Source: Nemertoderma westbladi
Taxonomy: Eukaryota; Animalia; Xenacoelomorpha
Assembly: GCA_032718475.1 (NCBI GenBank)
Contig: JAUCBJ010006798.1
Span: 1,972-65,971 of the forward strand
Direction: 5' to 3'
DNA length: 64,000 nucleotides
Positions 37,236 to 51,548 of this stretch are shown here, one piece after another. The notes beneath the pieces are model-generated. The model saw nothing but the letters and a program-made list of their open reading frames with translations. It searched no databases and was not told the origin of the DNA. Position numbers and translations under genes: made by a program. Each line of letters opens with the position of its first letter. Position 1 is the first letter of the stretch.

Positions 37236-37659
37236 GACTTAACGAGCCTAAAATATTATCCCATTCATTACTATTTATTTCAATAACAATAAGTATATGT
37301 AAAAATATGTTTGAGAATAACAAAATAAAACCAATACAAATGTTACAGTAGTTTGTATTTGGTGAATTTCCAGCTTTGCTTTGCTTTGCAGTAGAGCTGA
37401 GGTAAATAGACTATGTATGTATTGTAATTACAACAGGTGGATCTATCAGTAAAATTTATAACTCTCATTATTATAAGTTTACTCTACTTGAGGAATTATC
37501 GATTTATAGCAGATATTATCTTTACTATTAGTATTTCGCTCCTATTTAAGTAGTATAATCTAATAATGTCCGAGGCCCGTGCTGGGCGAAGGGCCCACGG
37601 ATGTGTTCTACTCTAGTGGAGCAGTCTCAGGGCGGACTAATATTTCTATATTCACTAAC

Positions 37660-38331
37660 TTAAGTTTTGATCCAGTGTCATGATTTCTGAATATACAACA
37701 TCCAATTGGTCCGGTGTTAGAGGGCAATCATACCAACGGGCGTGGCAGATGTATCCAGGGAAACGTTGGGTGTGTGAATGTTCAATTCCCAAAAGTAAAG
37801 GAGTTGTTTGATCATAAGCTGATCTTAACAAGAATGGATCTCCAGAATAATCTGTTGTCTCAACGACTTCCGTAACAACATTCTTGGAGTAAAGTGTTGT
37901 CATTTTATCATCGGGTGTTACACTAACAGCAACCATATGCCATTCACTGACAGTTACAGCATTTTGAAGTTCCTTACAATAAGCGTCATCCCCAGTTCCA
38001 GGATTGTACCACAAGGTAGTACCAATTGGATGGTTGAATAAATGAGAACCTCTGAATGCCGCATTGCCAAACTCATATATTGGACCAGATCCACCATTGT
38101 TTCTGATAAACGCCACGAACGTGAATGTGTTTGAGGTAAATTCCAAGTTTGTATGGTCAATTGAAATGTAACTAATAGAGAAATCAATCGCGCCATTGGG
38201 ATTCCCATTTATTCCATACGGGTAATCGAAAGGAATTGGAAATATCTCACCATTAAACTTTCGCAATAAGTCTTTCGCCATATAATCCGAATTCAATGGC
38301 CAGTGTGCTGCATATTTGCATGATGGTAAAA
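37660..38331 (-). CDS. Internal exon of the same host gene: concanavalin A-like/LamG domain
   Basis: AAHWPLN..GAIDF..FTFVAFI..WHMVAVS..FPGYICHARWYDCPLTPDQL; acceptor TTGTTTACAG, donor A|GTTAGT; phase 1-1, in frame with the FReD exon. Confidence 0.78.
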
Positions 38332-38660
38332 CTGTAAACAAGTAAATATTTATTGAGTAATAATATATAAATAATTCATTTCGACTTTTGTGTAATCCAG
38401 AACTATTTATGATGACAATGCGCACCGAAGCACAATTCAAAATGAATTTATCGACCTCTATCTATACTGACTATGAGAAAGCTTCATTCTGGCTAAAGCT
38501 GCGTAGCCACGGAATTAGTGGTAGGTTACAAAGGTTACAACGTTTTAATAATTTTTTTTTAAGAGAATCAACTCAACACCCCATGTCGGGGTATAATATA
38601 TTTATATATTATACAGTTATAGCACAAAATAAAATAATAATAAATAATAAAATTGCTAGT

Positions 38661-39450
38661 TTACTACTACTAGGTCGAGCGAACTCGGACAGTGGAAATG
38701 AGATCCTTCCAGGCTTCCCGATTCTCCATAGTTGTCGCAATTTCGTTTCTCCCAAGTTCAGTATCCCTTTCAAGTTGTTCAAGTGATTTAGTCAGTGTCC
38801 AGGTCTCACCCCCGTATAAAAATACACTTTCAACTGTGGCTCGAAAGAACTTAGTCTTCAGGTGCCTGGAAAGATCTGATTTCCAGATGGTATCCATTTT
38901 TGATAGAGCTACCCAAGCCTTTGAAGAAAGAACTTAGTCTTCAGGTGACTGGAGAGATCTGATTTCCAGATGGTATCCATTTTTGATAGAGCTACCCAAG
39001 CCTTTGCTTTCCTAACTTCTATGTCCTTTTTGTTACTTTCTATCCATAATCCAAGGTACTGGAAGTCATCGACCTTCCTTAGTTGATTATTATCAATGGT
39101 TGTCAAGTTTCCATCAACATTAAAGGTCATGAATTCGGTCTTGGTAGCATTTATATGCAATCCAACCTCCTTAGCAGCCCTCTCCACTTTATTTAGTAGA
39201 AGCTGTGCATCTGCTAGCGTATTAGAGAGCAGGGCGATTTCATCCGCAAAGTCGGTGTCTGTGACTGTAGTTGCCGGATATCTACTGCTTCTGCGTTCTT
39301 GAAGTGTGAATCCCAGATCTTCACCCTTTGTGGCCGTCCTCATTGCGTAATCCAGCACAATTACAAATAGTAATGGTGCTAATGTGTCACCTTGCAGTAC
39401 GCCAGCCAGGATTGAGAAAAACTCAGTTTCTCACCATCTGGTGACACAGC
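38661..39450 (-). mobile_element. 5'-truncated, rearranged RTE-like non-LTR retrotransposon fragment
   Basis: LQGDTLAPLLF, DFADEIALL, VGLHINATKTE, FQYLG, FRATVESVFLYGGETWTL; (TAG)n tail; internal ~80-bp duplication and a deletion. Confidence 0.88.
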
Positions 39451-39873
39451 GACATCTCTCTATCATTCCCATGAAAATCCTAATTTCCTATTCTATAACA
39501 TTAACCAGGAATTGCAGAATATGACGACTGCTTGGCAGATAATTGACTGTCCCTCAATCTCACGAAAAAATAATACATCCTTATTACAAACTAATCAATT
39601 CTTACAGAAATTTTACAAAATTAAAAATAATATAAAGCATAAAATAAAATTTCTGATGCTACTAAATTATTAGGGGTCTCCAAAGCTCTCCAAAACAATG
39701 GGAATATTTTACAAACTTAGATACCTATTTTCCCCCAACAGTATACGCTTATTATATGTTTCGTTGATCCATTCATATAATATTCTCTATGGTATAGTGT
39801 TGTAGAGAAATGCATCTAAAAGTTACACTATCCCTATAAAAATAAATAAGTTATTACGAACAATAACCTTTAA

Positions 39874-41439
39874 CCCTATTAGTACCGGGCTATAACATGT
39901 ACAAATACCGGGGGGAGGGGGGGTCATTATTGACCTTTCCTTCTAAAATCTACAAATTTTAACAAAGACGTCTGATTTTTTTGTTTGTACGTAGACTACT
40001 AGTCCGACTCGGACTCACTCGGACTCGGACTCGGACTCACTAGTCCGAATGCTCACAATATATTTGCTGCACCAAAATTACAAGTAGTGAACAATTTTCA
40101 TAAAAATTGAAGGTTATAATTTTCGTCCAATTGTTTTTTTTCAATACACGTTTTCTGGGGCGCAAAATCCATTGGAAAGTGTTTAGAAATGATCCCATTA
40201 CTATAAATGGCTGTTTCAGTCCTCTCTACTTAGGCAAAAAAACGAAAAAAACAAGTAACCAGCACTTTTCAGTTTTAAAATAAAATTTTTAATTCACTTT
40301 ATACAATGCTATAAATTTAGGTTTTCTGGGGCGCTGTTTCTAATGGAATACATTTCTAATTTGCCAGAACATTGCTAGGTGTATTTTTCAGCGTAATATG
40401 GCAAATTTTGGTGCTATCACCGAACTTCGTACCCATCACCAATAGTACAAATTGTAGATGTCCTGTCCAGTGCGGTTTTTATTGATTCCATCGGATTCAG
40501 GACCCTCATAAACCCGTATAACGCAAGAAAGAAGATGATACTATCTATTGATCAATTTGCTTATATTCAAAAATTTGGCGCTTGCACAACAATTTCCACC
40601 CACCAGCGAAAAATTCAGGTTTGAAAACTCTTATGGAATTTTTACATATTCCATTAAATTCAGAACCCTTACAAAGCCGTATAACACAAAAAACAAGGTG
40701 ATTCAATACATTGATTTATTTGGTGGTTTTCAAAATTTGGTGCTAGCACAAAAATTTTGCACCCACTTCCGAAAAATACAAGTTTGAGATGTCTAGTTAT
40801 ATAATTCCATTGAATTCAGAACCACCATAAACCTCTAAAACGCGAGAAATAAGTTGCAACAATCAATTTAACTATTGAATGGATTTTTTCAAAATTTCAT
40901 GCTGGCACCAAATTTTGCACACCGCACCGAAAAATACAAGTTTAATTGGTGCAAATCGTATATATTCCATCGAAATCAGAGCCCTAATAAACCCCTAATG
41001 CGCAAAAAAACATGTTCAAACAATCAATTTACAAATTTGACATATTTCAAAATTTGGTGCTGGCACCCAAATTGGCACCCGCCGATAAAAACAACTTTGA
41101 AATTTCTAAATTTATTTAGATCAATTCCATCAAACACCAAAAAACCGGTGTAAATCAAAAATTGAGATGTTACAAATCAAATTGAATGAAATGTAATTTT
41201 CAAAAAACGCCTCAAAAAAGTGCCAAAAGTAGGATTAAAAAATGGTGTCTCGAAAAATTCCCTTCCCAATATTTTTGAAAACCGTTTTCACTATTAGGAA
41301 GAAAATAGATTTTTAGGAAAAGTAAAATAATTTAAGATTTCCCACTGCGTTTGTTTCAGAATTATAACAAAAAAACCACGGGGGGGGGGGTCATATTGAC
41401 CCCTCCCCCCCCCCCCCCCCCCCCTGGGGTTTAATAGGG
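39874..41439. mobile_element. Non-autonomous piggyBac-like DNA transposon
   Basis: TTAA|CCCTATTA ... TAATAGGG|TTAA; subterminal GGGGGTCAT(T)ATTGACC at both ends; degenerate ~120-bp internal repeats; no transposase. Confidence 0.78.
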
Positions 41440-42138
41440 TTAACCTTTATGAGGCACACTCTAATCCAAATTAAAAATACTCCAAATAGAAACACTTTTT
41501 GAGCTAAAAACACCACAATATTTACTATTTTATTTATTGACATTAATAAAAGAGAAAAACCCAGCCCCCTTTCGAAATTATTCATTAGAATTATTCATTA
41601 TTCAGTATCCATTCACATTTAAATTGCTCCGTAGCGTTGGATAATTACCACCCCCCTCTCCGCATCTCCTAGTTCTGACAGATATGAAGGACCGAAAATA
41701 TATATATATATATAAAATAAGTCAATCAATAAAGTAAACTAAAAAGTAAAAATATAAAATAAAATAAACATTCTTTATATATTATAAATTAAAGAGTAGA
41801 AGTGATCACACATATTATCTATGCATATTGGTATATCATTCAGTTACTCAGATTGTCAGTTTTAGTGCAGACCAATAACATTCTTCACCGTCACCAATAT
41901 CAGTACAGCATACCGGTATCCATCAAATCTGTACTTCCTCTTTTATTGTGCTATCATTATCAACATTTAGTATATCAAGAGACAACATCGAACTCTCATT
42001 ATTTTACTACATCAGCCTCGGCCTAGCTGCTAGCACTATCCCTAAAGCAAAACGGTGATACGTAGTATATTTATCCGGTCGGGATCCCTTGATCAAGTCA
42101 CAGTGAAGAATTGCCAACTGAACTGAACTGAACTGTGA

Positions 42139-45132
42139 TTGCCAGACGCCAGAGATAAAGAAAAGATGAGCACAGGAGAACCCCGATTATCAGAGGGAGA
42201 GAGGACGCCGCCGCGGACCCCGGACGACACCAACCAAACGATCCGCGAGGCCGCGACGAGACAGTATCAATCTGCGACACCGGATTCGCCAACGAGGGAC
42301 GATCCGGTACCCAAAGTGGAGGGCGGCTGTCAACCACGAGGGAGAGACGAGTCGACGCACAACGGCGGTCGGAGTACCGAAGTCGCCGGCCAGCCACAGG
42401 CCGAGGGCGATGGACGGCCCACTGGAATGGCGACGGTGGGGCCGCCGGTATGACGCCGAACCAGGAGAGGAGAAGGAGATGTCGGCGAAGAGGACGTCGG
42501 GACCAGCGATCGGCTACGACGGGCCTACAATGCCACGAAGAAACTGCTAAAGGAGGCCAGAGAGGGAGAGAAGGTAAACCAGGGAAAGTTGAGCCAGTGG
42601 CTAGGTGAGTCGAATAAACATTTTCGGTATCTAGTTCGTTTTGGGCAGGGAGAACTGGCGAGTGAGAGAGCGAGGGGGGTCGCCACCGAACTATTCGAAC
42701 TGTGGCGATCCAGGGTTATGGAGCCTGAAATAGTGTTCGTAGGGCCGTATTTAGTGGATGCCAGGGGAATTAAGTTAGTGGGTTGGGCGGATCCGCACGA
42801 GGGTGAACCCAAGGTTAACCCCGAGGATTCGGTCTCGTCGGTTAGCGAGATCCCAAGAAATTTGTGTCTTTTAAAAATCGCTTTATGGCTCAAGTGCATT
42901 CGAAAGATGTCACTGATGACATCATATTACGCCATTTGGTCACCTATGTTAAAGGTGAACCTCTGGACCTCATAGAGCATTTTGAGGGTATGACTAATGG
43001 ATATCAGCTGGCATGGGAAACCCTAGAAAAGAACTATGGGAATCCGGCTTTAATAATTAAGGCTGTCATTGAGGATGTCACATGATGTCGCTTTCCCATA
43101 GAAACACCTAGAGATGTAAGGAAGTATGCCCATGATGTGCGACACACTATGGATGTGCTATGGAATTTAAATTGCCCACAGTACGTCAACAACCCCGATT
43201 TTATTCAGCGAGTAGCTGTGAACCTTAATGATAGGATGAGGTTACGGTGGGCGAGGAGAGTTACTAGGTTTAGACAGGACCAAGGAAGTGACCCAGGACT
43301 TAGACAGTTAGTGGCTTTCTTAGAAGAGGAATCTGACGTCCTAAACTGTCCTATGTATGGTAGGCCAGCCGCTGAATCTATTCTCAGAGAAAGGATGGGG
43401 GACAAATTCCATGGTTTTGGGACAAAACCATTGCCATTAGCAGGTGACAAGTGTGACCGCCAGGCTGCTCGTCATATTCATCACGTCCCGGAGACACCAC
43501 GCTTCCCCTCAATCGATGGTAAACAATGGCTTATGACGTCATTCCATGAGGAACATTGTGTAGTTCCTGAGGTTATGGAGGAACCATCCTTTTCAGAAGC
43601 TAGCGGTGTAGATACTGACAACATTGATAAATTTTCCTGTGAGACTTATGCAGTAAATCCACATCATTCCTGCCAAATGTGTAAGGAGAATCATGGTTTA
43701 TTTAACTGTCAGCAGTTTTGTGAAATATCTCCGAGGGCAAGGTGGGAGTTTGTAGTTGAACATAAGCTATGTCTGAGATGTTTGAGACGTGGACATTGGC
43801 GTGATGGGTGCAAAGCCCAGTTCCGTTGCAAGGAGTGTCAGTGACCCCATTCCTCACTGCTGCACCCCGAAAATTTTGAAACAAAGGACACTGATGAGCG
43901 ACTAAAAAACTTTTATGCAGCGAAACGAGACGATGCCTCTTTGTGACTAAAGGATTACTTACCAGATAAGGTAACACAGAGTAGGCCACCATATGGAATA
44001 TATCAAAGAGTAACAGCTATGGCTACTGATCTGATGGACCGCAGAGTCAAGGGGACAGATCAGACTGCTTTAGCTGCGGTATTCCTTAAGGTACTCCCTC
44101 TAGCGGTTTCCAATGCCGCAACAGGGGCAGTACTGACTACATTTGTGCTGCTCGATGACGGTTCTACAGGTACGTTTTTGGATGCCCATGCTGCCCAGCT
44201 GCCCAATTTCACACAAATTAATTAAAGCTTATATTTGTCACGGTATTTTGCCTGTCAGTTAATGTACCGTCATTTTAATATTATCTGTCCATTTGGCTAT
44301 TGTTTTGTTTGTTTTTGTTACATTGTTTTCCATTGTTACGTCTCTTCTTGTCAGTTGCTTGTGGCTATTTACTGGTAATTTTTATCGTCAATAAACTTAA
44401 TAATAATAATAATAATAGCGAAGTGTTTAGACATGAACTTACAGGCGCTAAATATTTCAATTAATACTGTACTTACTAAGGATGAAACCAGAACTGTTAT
44501 GCAGAGTAACTGTCGAGTATCATCAGTAATGCCAAACACCGACATGGTTCTGGCGCTAAATGGACTAAGTTTGAGGTATTCTAGACCGGGGTCGTGGACT
44601 CTAGAACAACTGTCTTATTTGAGGGACATAGACCTAACATATCCAGAAGTGGATGTTGACAAGATTTCCATGATTGTTGGCTTAAATAATCCATTGGTGC
44701 ACAAAACACTTGAGGAGGTGTGAGGTCCAACAGATTATGACAAGTTGCACAATCCTCATGCAGTTAGAACACCTTTAGGTTGGACATTAGCAGGTCCCAT
44801 TACATCAACTGTGGCAAACTCATGCTTGGGCTCGAATGAAAATTATAAGGCATCTGCTGATTCATCCCCTCGCATACGAAATGGCTCAGTAGCTCAACCT
44901 CTTCAATTATTAGGAGCATCAACTAATTTTGCTGGTACAATAAGGATAAAGTCTTTGTATATCGTATAGACTGTTGTCCCTGGAGGGGAGACAACAGAAT
45001 GGACGACGAAATAACATCGGACTTGATGACTAAGTATTTTGACTCAGAAGCATTTTATTGTCCATCTAAAATGCAGACCAAATCAGTAGAGGATCGCAGG
45101 TGTGAGGAAATTTTAGACGCCACTACAACCTT
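42139..45132 (+). mobile_element. Decayed BEL/Pao element D (gag + protease), cut by insertion of E
   Basis: GYQLAWETLEKNYGNP, knuckles CQMCKENH/CLRCLRRGH, VLLDDGSTGTF, AVRTPLGWTLAGP, SVEDRRCEEILDATT; many stops and frameshifts. Confidence 0.85.
44190..44414 (+). mobile_element. ~225-bp retroposon 3' end inserted in the protease region of D
   Basis: AATAAA plus (TAA)n tail; removal restores TFLDAH-IAKCLDMNL. Confidence 0.7.
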
Positions 45133-47311
45133 TGTTAAACAACCTACCCCTGTACTAACTGCAGAACCGCTAAAACATACAAAGACGTGCTTTACTGTTA
45201 AACTAGCGGGTCCCTGCCTAACCAATAAAGACACAAAGACTGCTCTACTGTTAAACAGGGGTAATCAGGAGCGTGTTATTACTAATGTAGGGCTGCTAAA
45301 TACAAAACCGCTACTCACCGTTGGATGGCGCTAATCTGCCGTCCGCTAATATATTTTACTAATTTTCTACGGCTCCTGCTAATCGCTTGTTCCTTTCTCT
45401 ACCGATCACTCGATAGAGAGCTAACTGTTCGAACAAATGAGCCACGCGGGAATAACCAAAACAATAAACCCGAATCGGCTCCCTAAGCTTACTTAAAACG
45501 AGTGTGAGAGGCTTTACACTCTGAGTATATTCTTATGGCATAATCTTACTGTTAAAACGCGCTAATAATTACGTCTTTTCTAATCTAATCTAATCGCGTC
45601 TAATCGCAAAGACTGGGGTTCCCTAACGGAATGTGTGAATGTGAGAATATTTAAATAATCATATTTTATTTGCAGTGTTTATTAGGGCTAATACCTACAG
45701 TGGGACTAAACTTGCCTACGGCTGGCTTTAGGCCAGCAAATTACTAATGCGTGTTGCGTACTGCATACTGCGATCTAACTTATTGTCCGCTAATTAAATA
45801 ACCGCCCAGCGTGAATAGTGTACTGTACTCCAAATTAATACCTTAACTACTCTCCGCTATGCTGCGTACAAATTCTTAATTTTACTAATTAATTACAGTC
45901 ACAAATATGTTACAGCATACTAATTACTAAGTATTCCAGAATGCGCAATTCTAATTTATTACGTAACTGGTTATACTAGTAACAGTCTAAATACCGTATT
46001 ACTTTCGACCTAATCAGTAATTATTTACAGTAAACTAAGAAATAGAAATCAATCAAAGGGGAAAAGAGCACCTATCCAAACATTCGTGATTTATTAGGCA
46101 CACTTTAGTAACACACCAATCAGCGTAACAATCAATATTTTATACTTACCAATTTAGTTCCTAATGCACAATTCTCAATTAGCGATCAACAGTTCACAAC
46201 TCGCAGTCTACTACTCAGCTCGCAATGCACAATCCACAATTCGCAATTCGCAATGTAAGGCACGTAGGCCTCTCCCGAGTACATCTAGGCTTCCTAACTA
46301 ACCCGATTCCTGCCCCACTAATACTACAAAATAGAGACAAAATCTGGATCATCAGCCCCTAACTATTGTACCAACGAGCGGTCTCCACTCTACACTGCAA
46401 ACTGCCCGACCGCAACGCGACCTTCCCGCCAGCATTGCCCGCCCTTGAATTACTACCGTAACGGAACATGCAAATCACAAGTCTGACAGTCTAAGAAAAT
46501 CCGGTAGGATTATTGCATAGAAAGGAATCACGTAGAACCATTAACTAAAGGGTAGAAATCATAGTTCCAGTTGTAATTGACAGTAATCATTGGGATTGAT
46601 TGAGAAACACAAGCAAGAATAATCAAATTAGCGAATCATTGCAAGAAATAATCGAAAAAGCAGAAAATACAAAATTTACAACGAATTACGCACAAAATGT
46701 ACTTAGGTGAGGTGGGAGAAAGTAGAACAGCACTGCAAGCTAGCTAGAGACTGGACTGGTGTGTGTTGTACATACCGGCAAAACGCCAATTTATAGGTGA
46801 TTCGAGAGGGATGATGCAATCGTTCTCTCATTGGCTCCCCAATCCGAGCTATCATTAGACCAACTTGGAAGCAGTTAGGCCAATAAGAAAGCCGGATCGT
46901 GAACCTATTGCTCCTAAAATCCACAATTCGTCACCATATAAGGTTATTTTGCCGATGCTTAATTTAGCGGTACTAATAACATGATGCACAAAGGTTAATT
47001 TAGCGCAATTATAGAGAAAATTAAAACCAATAGCTAGCCCCATCAAGGCTAATAACAGCAAGCCCATATCCAGGGTCCAGCAGGAAACTTGCTACCCTGG
47101 AACTATCTACTTATATCCTATTACAAAACTACATAGGTAGGGCTACATACTATACAAAATGGATGAATTCAAAATATATGGGCGTTTTATTTTCCTTATC
47201 TAAATGTCACTGCGATATTATGTCTTATCTAAATAATTATACTGCATAACGGACTAATATATTATACTGTATAACGGACTAATATATGTATACAGCGCAT
47301 ATACCGTAACA
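45133..47311 (-). repeat. 3' LTR of E (~2.18 kb)
   Basis: Minus strand GGAGCGG|TGTTACGG ... TTTAACA; diverged homolog at 60891-63153. Confidence 0.85.
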
Positions 47312-47579
47312 CCGCTCCAAGGGAAAACATGCAATGTTTCCCTCCAATTGTAGAAGAGTATAAGGCGATATATACAAACAAAATAAATTCGCTTCCAAAT
47401 AATCTAAATAACTATAATAATTCTATTATATTATATGCATATATACATATATTGCATAATGGATTGCATACAAATTAAATTTACAAAATATTATTTCCTT
47501 CAATGTTAACGATTATTACATACAAATTAAATTTACAAAATATTGTTTCTCGTTTGTTCTACATAATGATTACACTTTT

Positions 47580-50500
47580 CTAGTTTCCGAGTACACCCTT
47601 TGTTATGCGGTCGCAAATAGCAACAAAGTTCCAAGTGTACTTGTTATCCATATTTAATTGTCTGAAGTATTCCCGAACTTCGATGACTCCAGTGTTCTGT
47701 GGAAGGTCTTGAGCGGTCAGTATGAGCTCCTGATATTGTGGTAACGACTGACTGCAGATACGTCTCATACGCAACGTGTGATGGGTCCACTGCCCAAAAT
47801 CCATATCCCGCCTTAAATGGTAACCAATGCATCTGCGCTTGGATGTGGTAGTCAGCCACACTCTCCCACTTATCTAGCATCTCCCGAAGTAGGTTAGCGC
47901 TATGGTTTTGGAAGGAATCGTCTCGCAGTTGGCATCTCGCGCTACGATGTCCCTTTACTCCACAATATCCACATTGAGAAATGAATACGGTGCACGTATG
48001 AAACGAATGGTCGGTCTCATTGCACCAACGGCAGACCTTATGCGCCGCCTCCACTACCGCTTCGCACGATTTTTGATTGTGCCTTGTGCTGCCGCACAAC
48101 TTGCACCTACGCGCTTGTGGAAACCAGGCCCTCTCGTATATGAGGTCTCCAATCGGTTTCGCACTTCCTTCTTTCCCAATGTCTAATACGATGTCATCCT
48201 CTCCGGTCAGTGGTTGTCGATCCGGAACAAAGTAAACATCATCGCCCTTGTCCTCTATCTCCAATATTTCCTCCCGCGTTCGTTTCGGATATGTCTTCTC
48301 CACTGGAAGATCCACTCCAAACACTTCTACTAACATCTCCGGCCAACCCTCTCTAATAGGTCTATCAGCTTCCGAGTGGAAGGGAGTACCAAACCCGCGG
48401 GTTTGATTCCCGAACCACTTCTCTAAAGCCTCTGGCGTCGGATATTCCATCGACGGTCGGTCTCCCAAATCTCCGATGTTCTGTCGATATATTCCTTCGA
48501 ATATCGCTAATCCTCTCCTAACCATCAACGTATTCTCTAACGATTGGTTGAAGAACGGGGTTAAGAAACGCTTCATCACGTCGGATTGGATTCCCCCTTT
48601 CGAGCGAACGTATTGATCTCCTCCGAATACCAATGGATGACACTTCAAAACTCGCGCAACGATATCCGCTAATAAACAAGTTACCGTGTTCGACTCAAGC
48701 ACCAAATAATATTGTAGTGACGCACGGGGTGGCGCGCAAATGTTCCAATACACTACGCTTGCCGCTTGAAGTGGGATTTGAACTCCGCTCCCGGTGGCGT
48801 GTTATATTCACCATACGCCTCCTCGTACTTCTTCTGTGTCTTCAACTTAAAGTCCCAATTATACAATAAATGGGCTATGAAGCCCATGCCAGTCTTGGCA
48901 GAGTTGGGATACTCCCTATAAATTCCAATATCCTGTGCCCATAGCAACAATAGGTTGGTGTCGACAAACGGTCTCGGCAATCTATCTTCAAAATCAGTCA
49001 TGGCGTTGAAGTCACTCTCCAAATCGCTCTGGACTCCCGATCCCACCTTGACGTAATCTTGGTTAAGAATAGCCTCTCTAACCTTCTTGGGTAGCATCCT
49101 GGTGTCGATACGCTCCGCTCCGTGCATACCTCCTCGCCTGCATACCTCCAAAATCTGTTCCCTAGGATCCTTCCCCTTCCGATATTGTGTCGTTATTATG
49201 GGTTCCGGTCTCTCTCGATCCAGCCTTACGCGCATAAACACATGAGTCACACCATCGGCCGCGCGAATTTGAATGCATTTGCTAGTCAAGCATTCCTGAT
49301 GAGACCCTCCTTCATTGTCGTAGAACATCACTCTCCAATCCTGCAGTGATTCCTCCGTTTTCCTCCACTGACGCTGAATCTCGTCTGATGGGGTCCAAAT
49401 GCGCTCGATAGCCTTGTGGTCATCATATCGGGTGTAAGAACCCTTCCTCCTCAGCCACGTCTGGTCTACCTCCACGTCATCTGGGAACGTAGCCACCGCG
49501 ACCCATACCTTGATGTACTTATCCAACCATCCGAATAACTTACTCTCCTTCCCCGGAGCTCCAATCTTGTCCAGTGTGTCGTAGTCCGTGATCTGCATCG
49601 GGACATCACGCAAGAACTTTGCGCATAAAAATTCCCGTAGACAGTCGACGTTCCAATGATCCGACATCCTCACCATCGGCAAGAATCTAATCGCTTCTCG
49701 CGACTCCGGGTGATCTACCAATATTGCAGGTTCGTTGCCGTCGGAATAATACACCAGTCGGGGTTGAGATACGGCCTGTGGAACAAATCCAGTCACTCTC
49801 CTCGTCTCCTCCTGATGTCTATACGTGGTCTTATTATATTCCGCTACCCGCGCTTCGAATAACTGTTTCGCCTTCGCCGCTCGCTCCTCCTGCCGCAACG
49901 CGTCTATGTCGTCCTGATGCTCAGGCGTGAGGTTTCTCGCTCGATGAGGCGAAGTAAACGTAGTCCAGGGACTCGAGAGCTCCAAACCCGCGGGTTTGGT
50001 ACCCGAGTCCCGTGCCGCTTCGCGCCGCGCCTCTAGGTCCTTGTAGACTCGGTATAGCGAAATGGCCGCTGCCGTCTCTATCAAACTGGGTGTCGAACAG
50101 GGTTTAATCTCCATATACGGATCTAATGTCGTAACGGTCGGTGTAATGGGTCTTAGAGGTCGCTTTCCGCTGAAGTCGATACTGATCATCGGGTTGCTCA
50201 TTGGGTAACCTCCTCGTTGTATCTAAGGAATTGGTGAGCTTGACATTGCGTTAATATCGGTTCAGGATGTTGCTCGTCCAGTCGGTCGGGAATCGCCACG
50301 TCTTGTTTGTTCATGCATTCACCACACTTGTAAAACAGCTTGTACACGCTGAAGATTTTCGGCGTCTCCTGATCCTCGCCTCGAGTCCTCCGGTACAGAT
50401 GCATTCCGTCGAACTGATCTCGGACTGCAGGTAGAGGTTTGTCGTGTCGTAAATACATGTTCATATGGTACAGCCGCGCAATCTCCTCGTCCGGGTCTCC

Positions 50501-50766
50501 ACATCGCAAACGTCCAATGCAAAATCGTAGGGATACCGAGTGCGATACTCTTTCCGCAAAACTTCCATACGGTCTCCCAACGCTCTCATTCTTTCCCTCC
50601 TTAATTCCTTATCGTACGCGGGTTTGTACTTCCCATTTAGCTCCATTACTGACCTTCCATGTTAGTAAACGTTCGAATCTTTACATCCCGGTCAGGCAAA
50701 TGGTAGTTCCGCCTCCTCTCTAGCAGTAAATCCTCTCCGCGGTTGCGCTCTAATTTCCTTCTCCAT
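47580..50766 (-). pseudogene. Accessory ORF3 of E (DEDDy exonuclease-like + 3 CCHC); C-terminal tail deleted
   Basis: MEKEIRAQPRRGFT aligns with B's MEKMYKELRQGFT; YKLFYKCGECM..CQAHQ; FYDNEGGSHQ; LPKKVREAILNQDYVKVGSGVQSD; LQYYLVLE; CKLCGSTRH/CRWCNETDH/CGYCGVKGH. Confidence 0.82.
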
Positions 50767-51548
50767 TATGAGCCGCGTATATACATATATATATCCCAAT
50801 AGGTTCCGTTACGTAACTAATTACACTGTGGCGATGTGGGTAAATCAGTTAGATGTCGCCGAAGGTCAGACCTCCTAAGCCCCCCCCCCCCCCCCCCCCC
50901 CCACCCGCCTTCCAGCAGTTCAGGTTCGACTCTCTAGATCCTGTCTCATTCCTAACTATCATCTAACCTATTCCCATGCATAGCGCAAAAACTTTGGAGA
51001 TAAACTGGCCGTGACCAACTCACCTTTTGATGCCCAACCTACTCCCATTACTCGTACTAAACTACAGTAGTTAGAAAGGACAATAGTCTCAACGCTCGAC
51101 TATACCAAACCCACAGGTTTGTTAATCGAACCTCACACTTCACTGCAAACTACTGAGTGGGGTCGTGTATGCCTCTGGTGCTACTAACCTTTAGCACCTT
51201 AGTTGCACTGTTGGCACCAATCTGTGGAAGTTGCTAAACTCAATTTATACTCCTACGTAATATAGCCATCACCATGGTTTCTAAATGCTATTTTCCAGGC
51301 TTCACGACTTTTCAAATTACTGTATATCTATAGACGAATTCTAAAACGCGTCTATACACAGGGTCTGGAATTGTCTTGGGTTCATTTCTAAATTTTTAAA
51401 ATTTTCTAATTTTCCAAAATTTTTGAAATAAAATTTTGTTTTTGATACCCACCAGACAAAACTCAACGCAAATCACCGCAAACTCGCTCCTATGCATTTC
51501 CTAGTATTTGCATACAAGGAATGCATACAAAGTGAGTTGCGTCCAACA

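Noticed and set aside
40548-41585. Short ORFs as transposase remnants
   Set aside because: No DDD motifs; they derive from AT-rich internal repeats.
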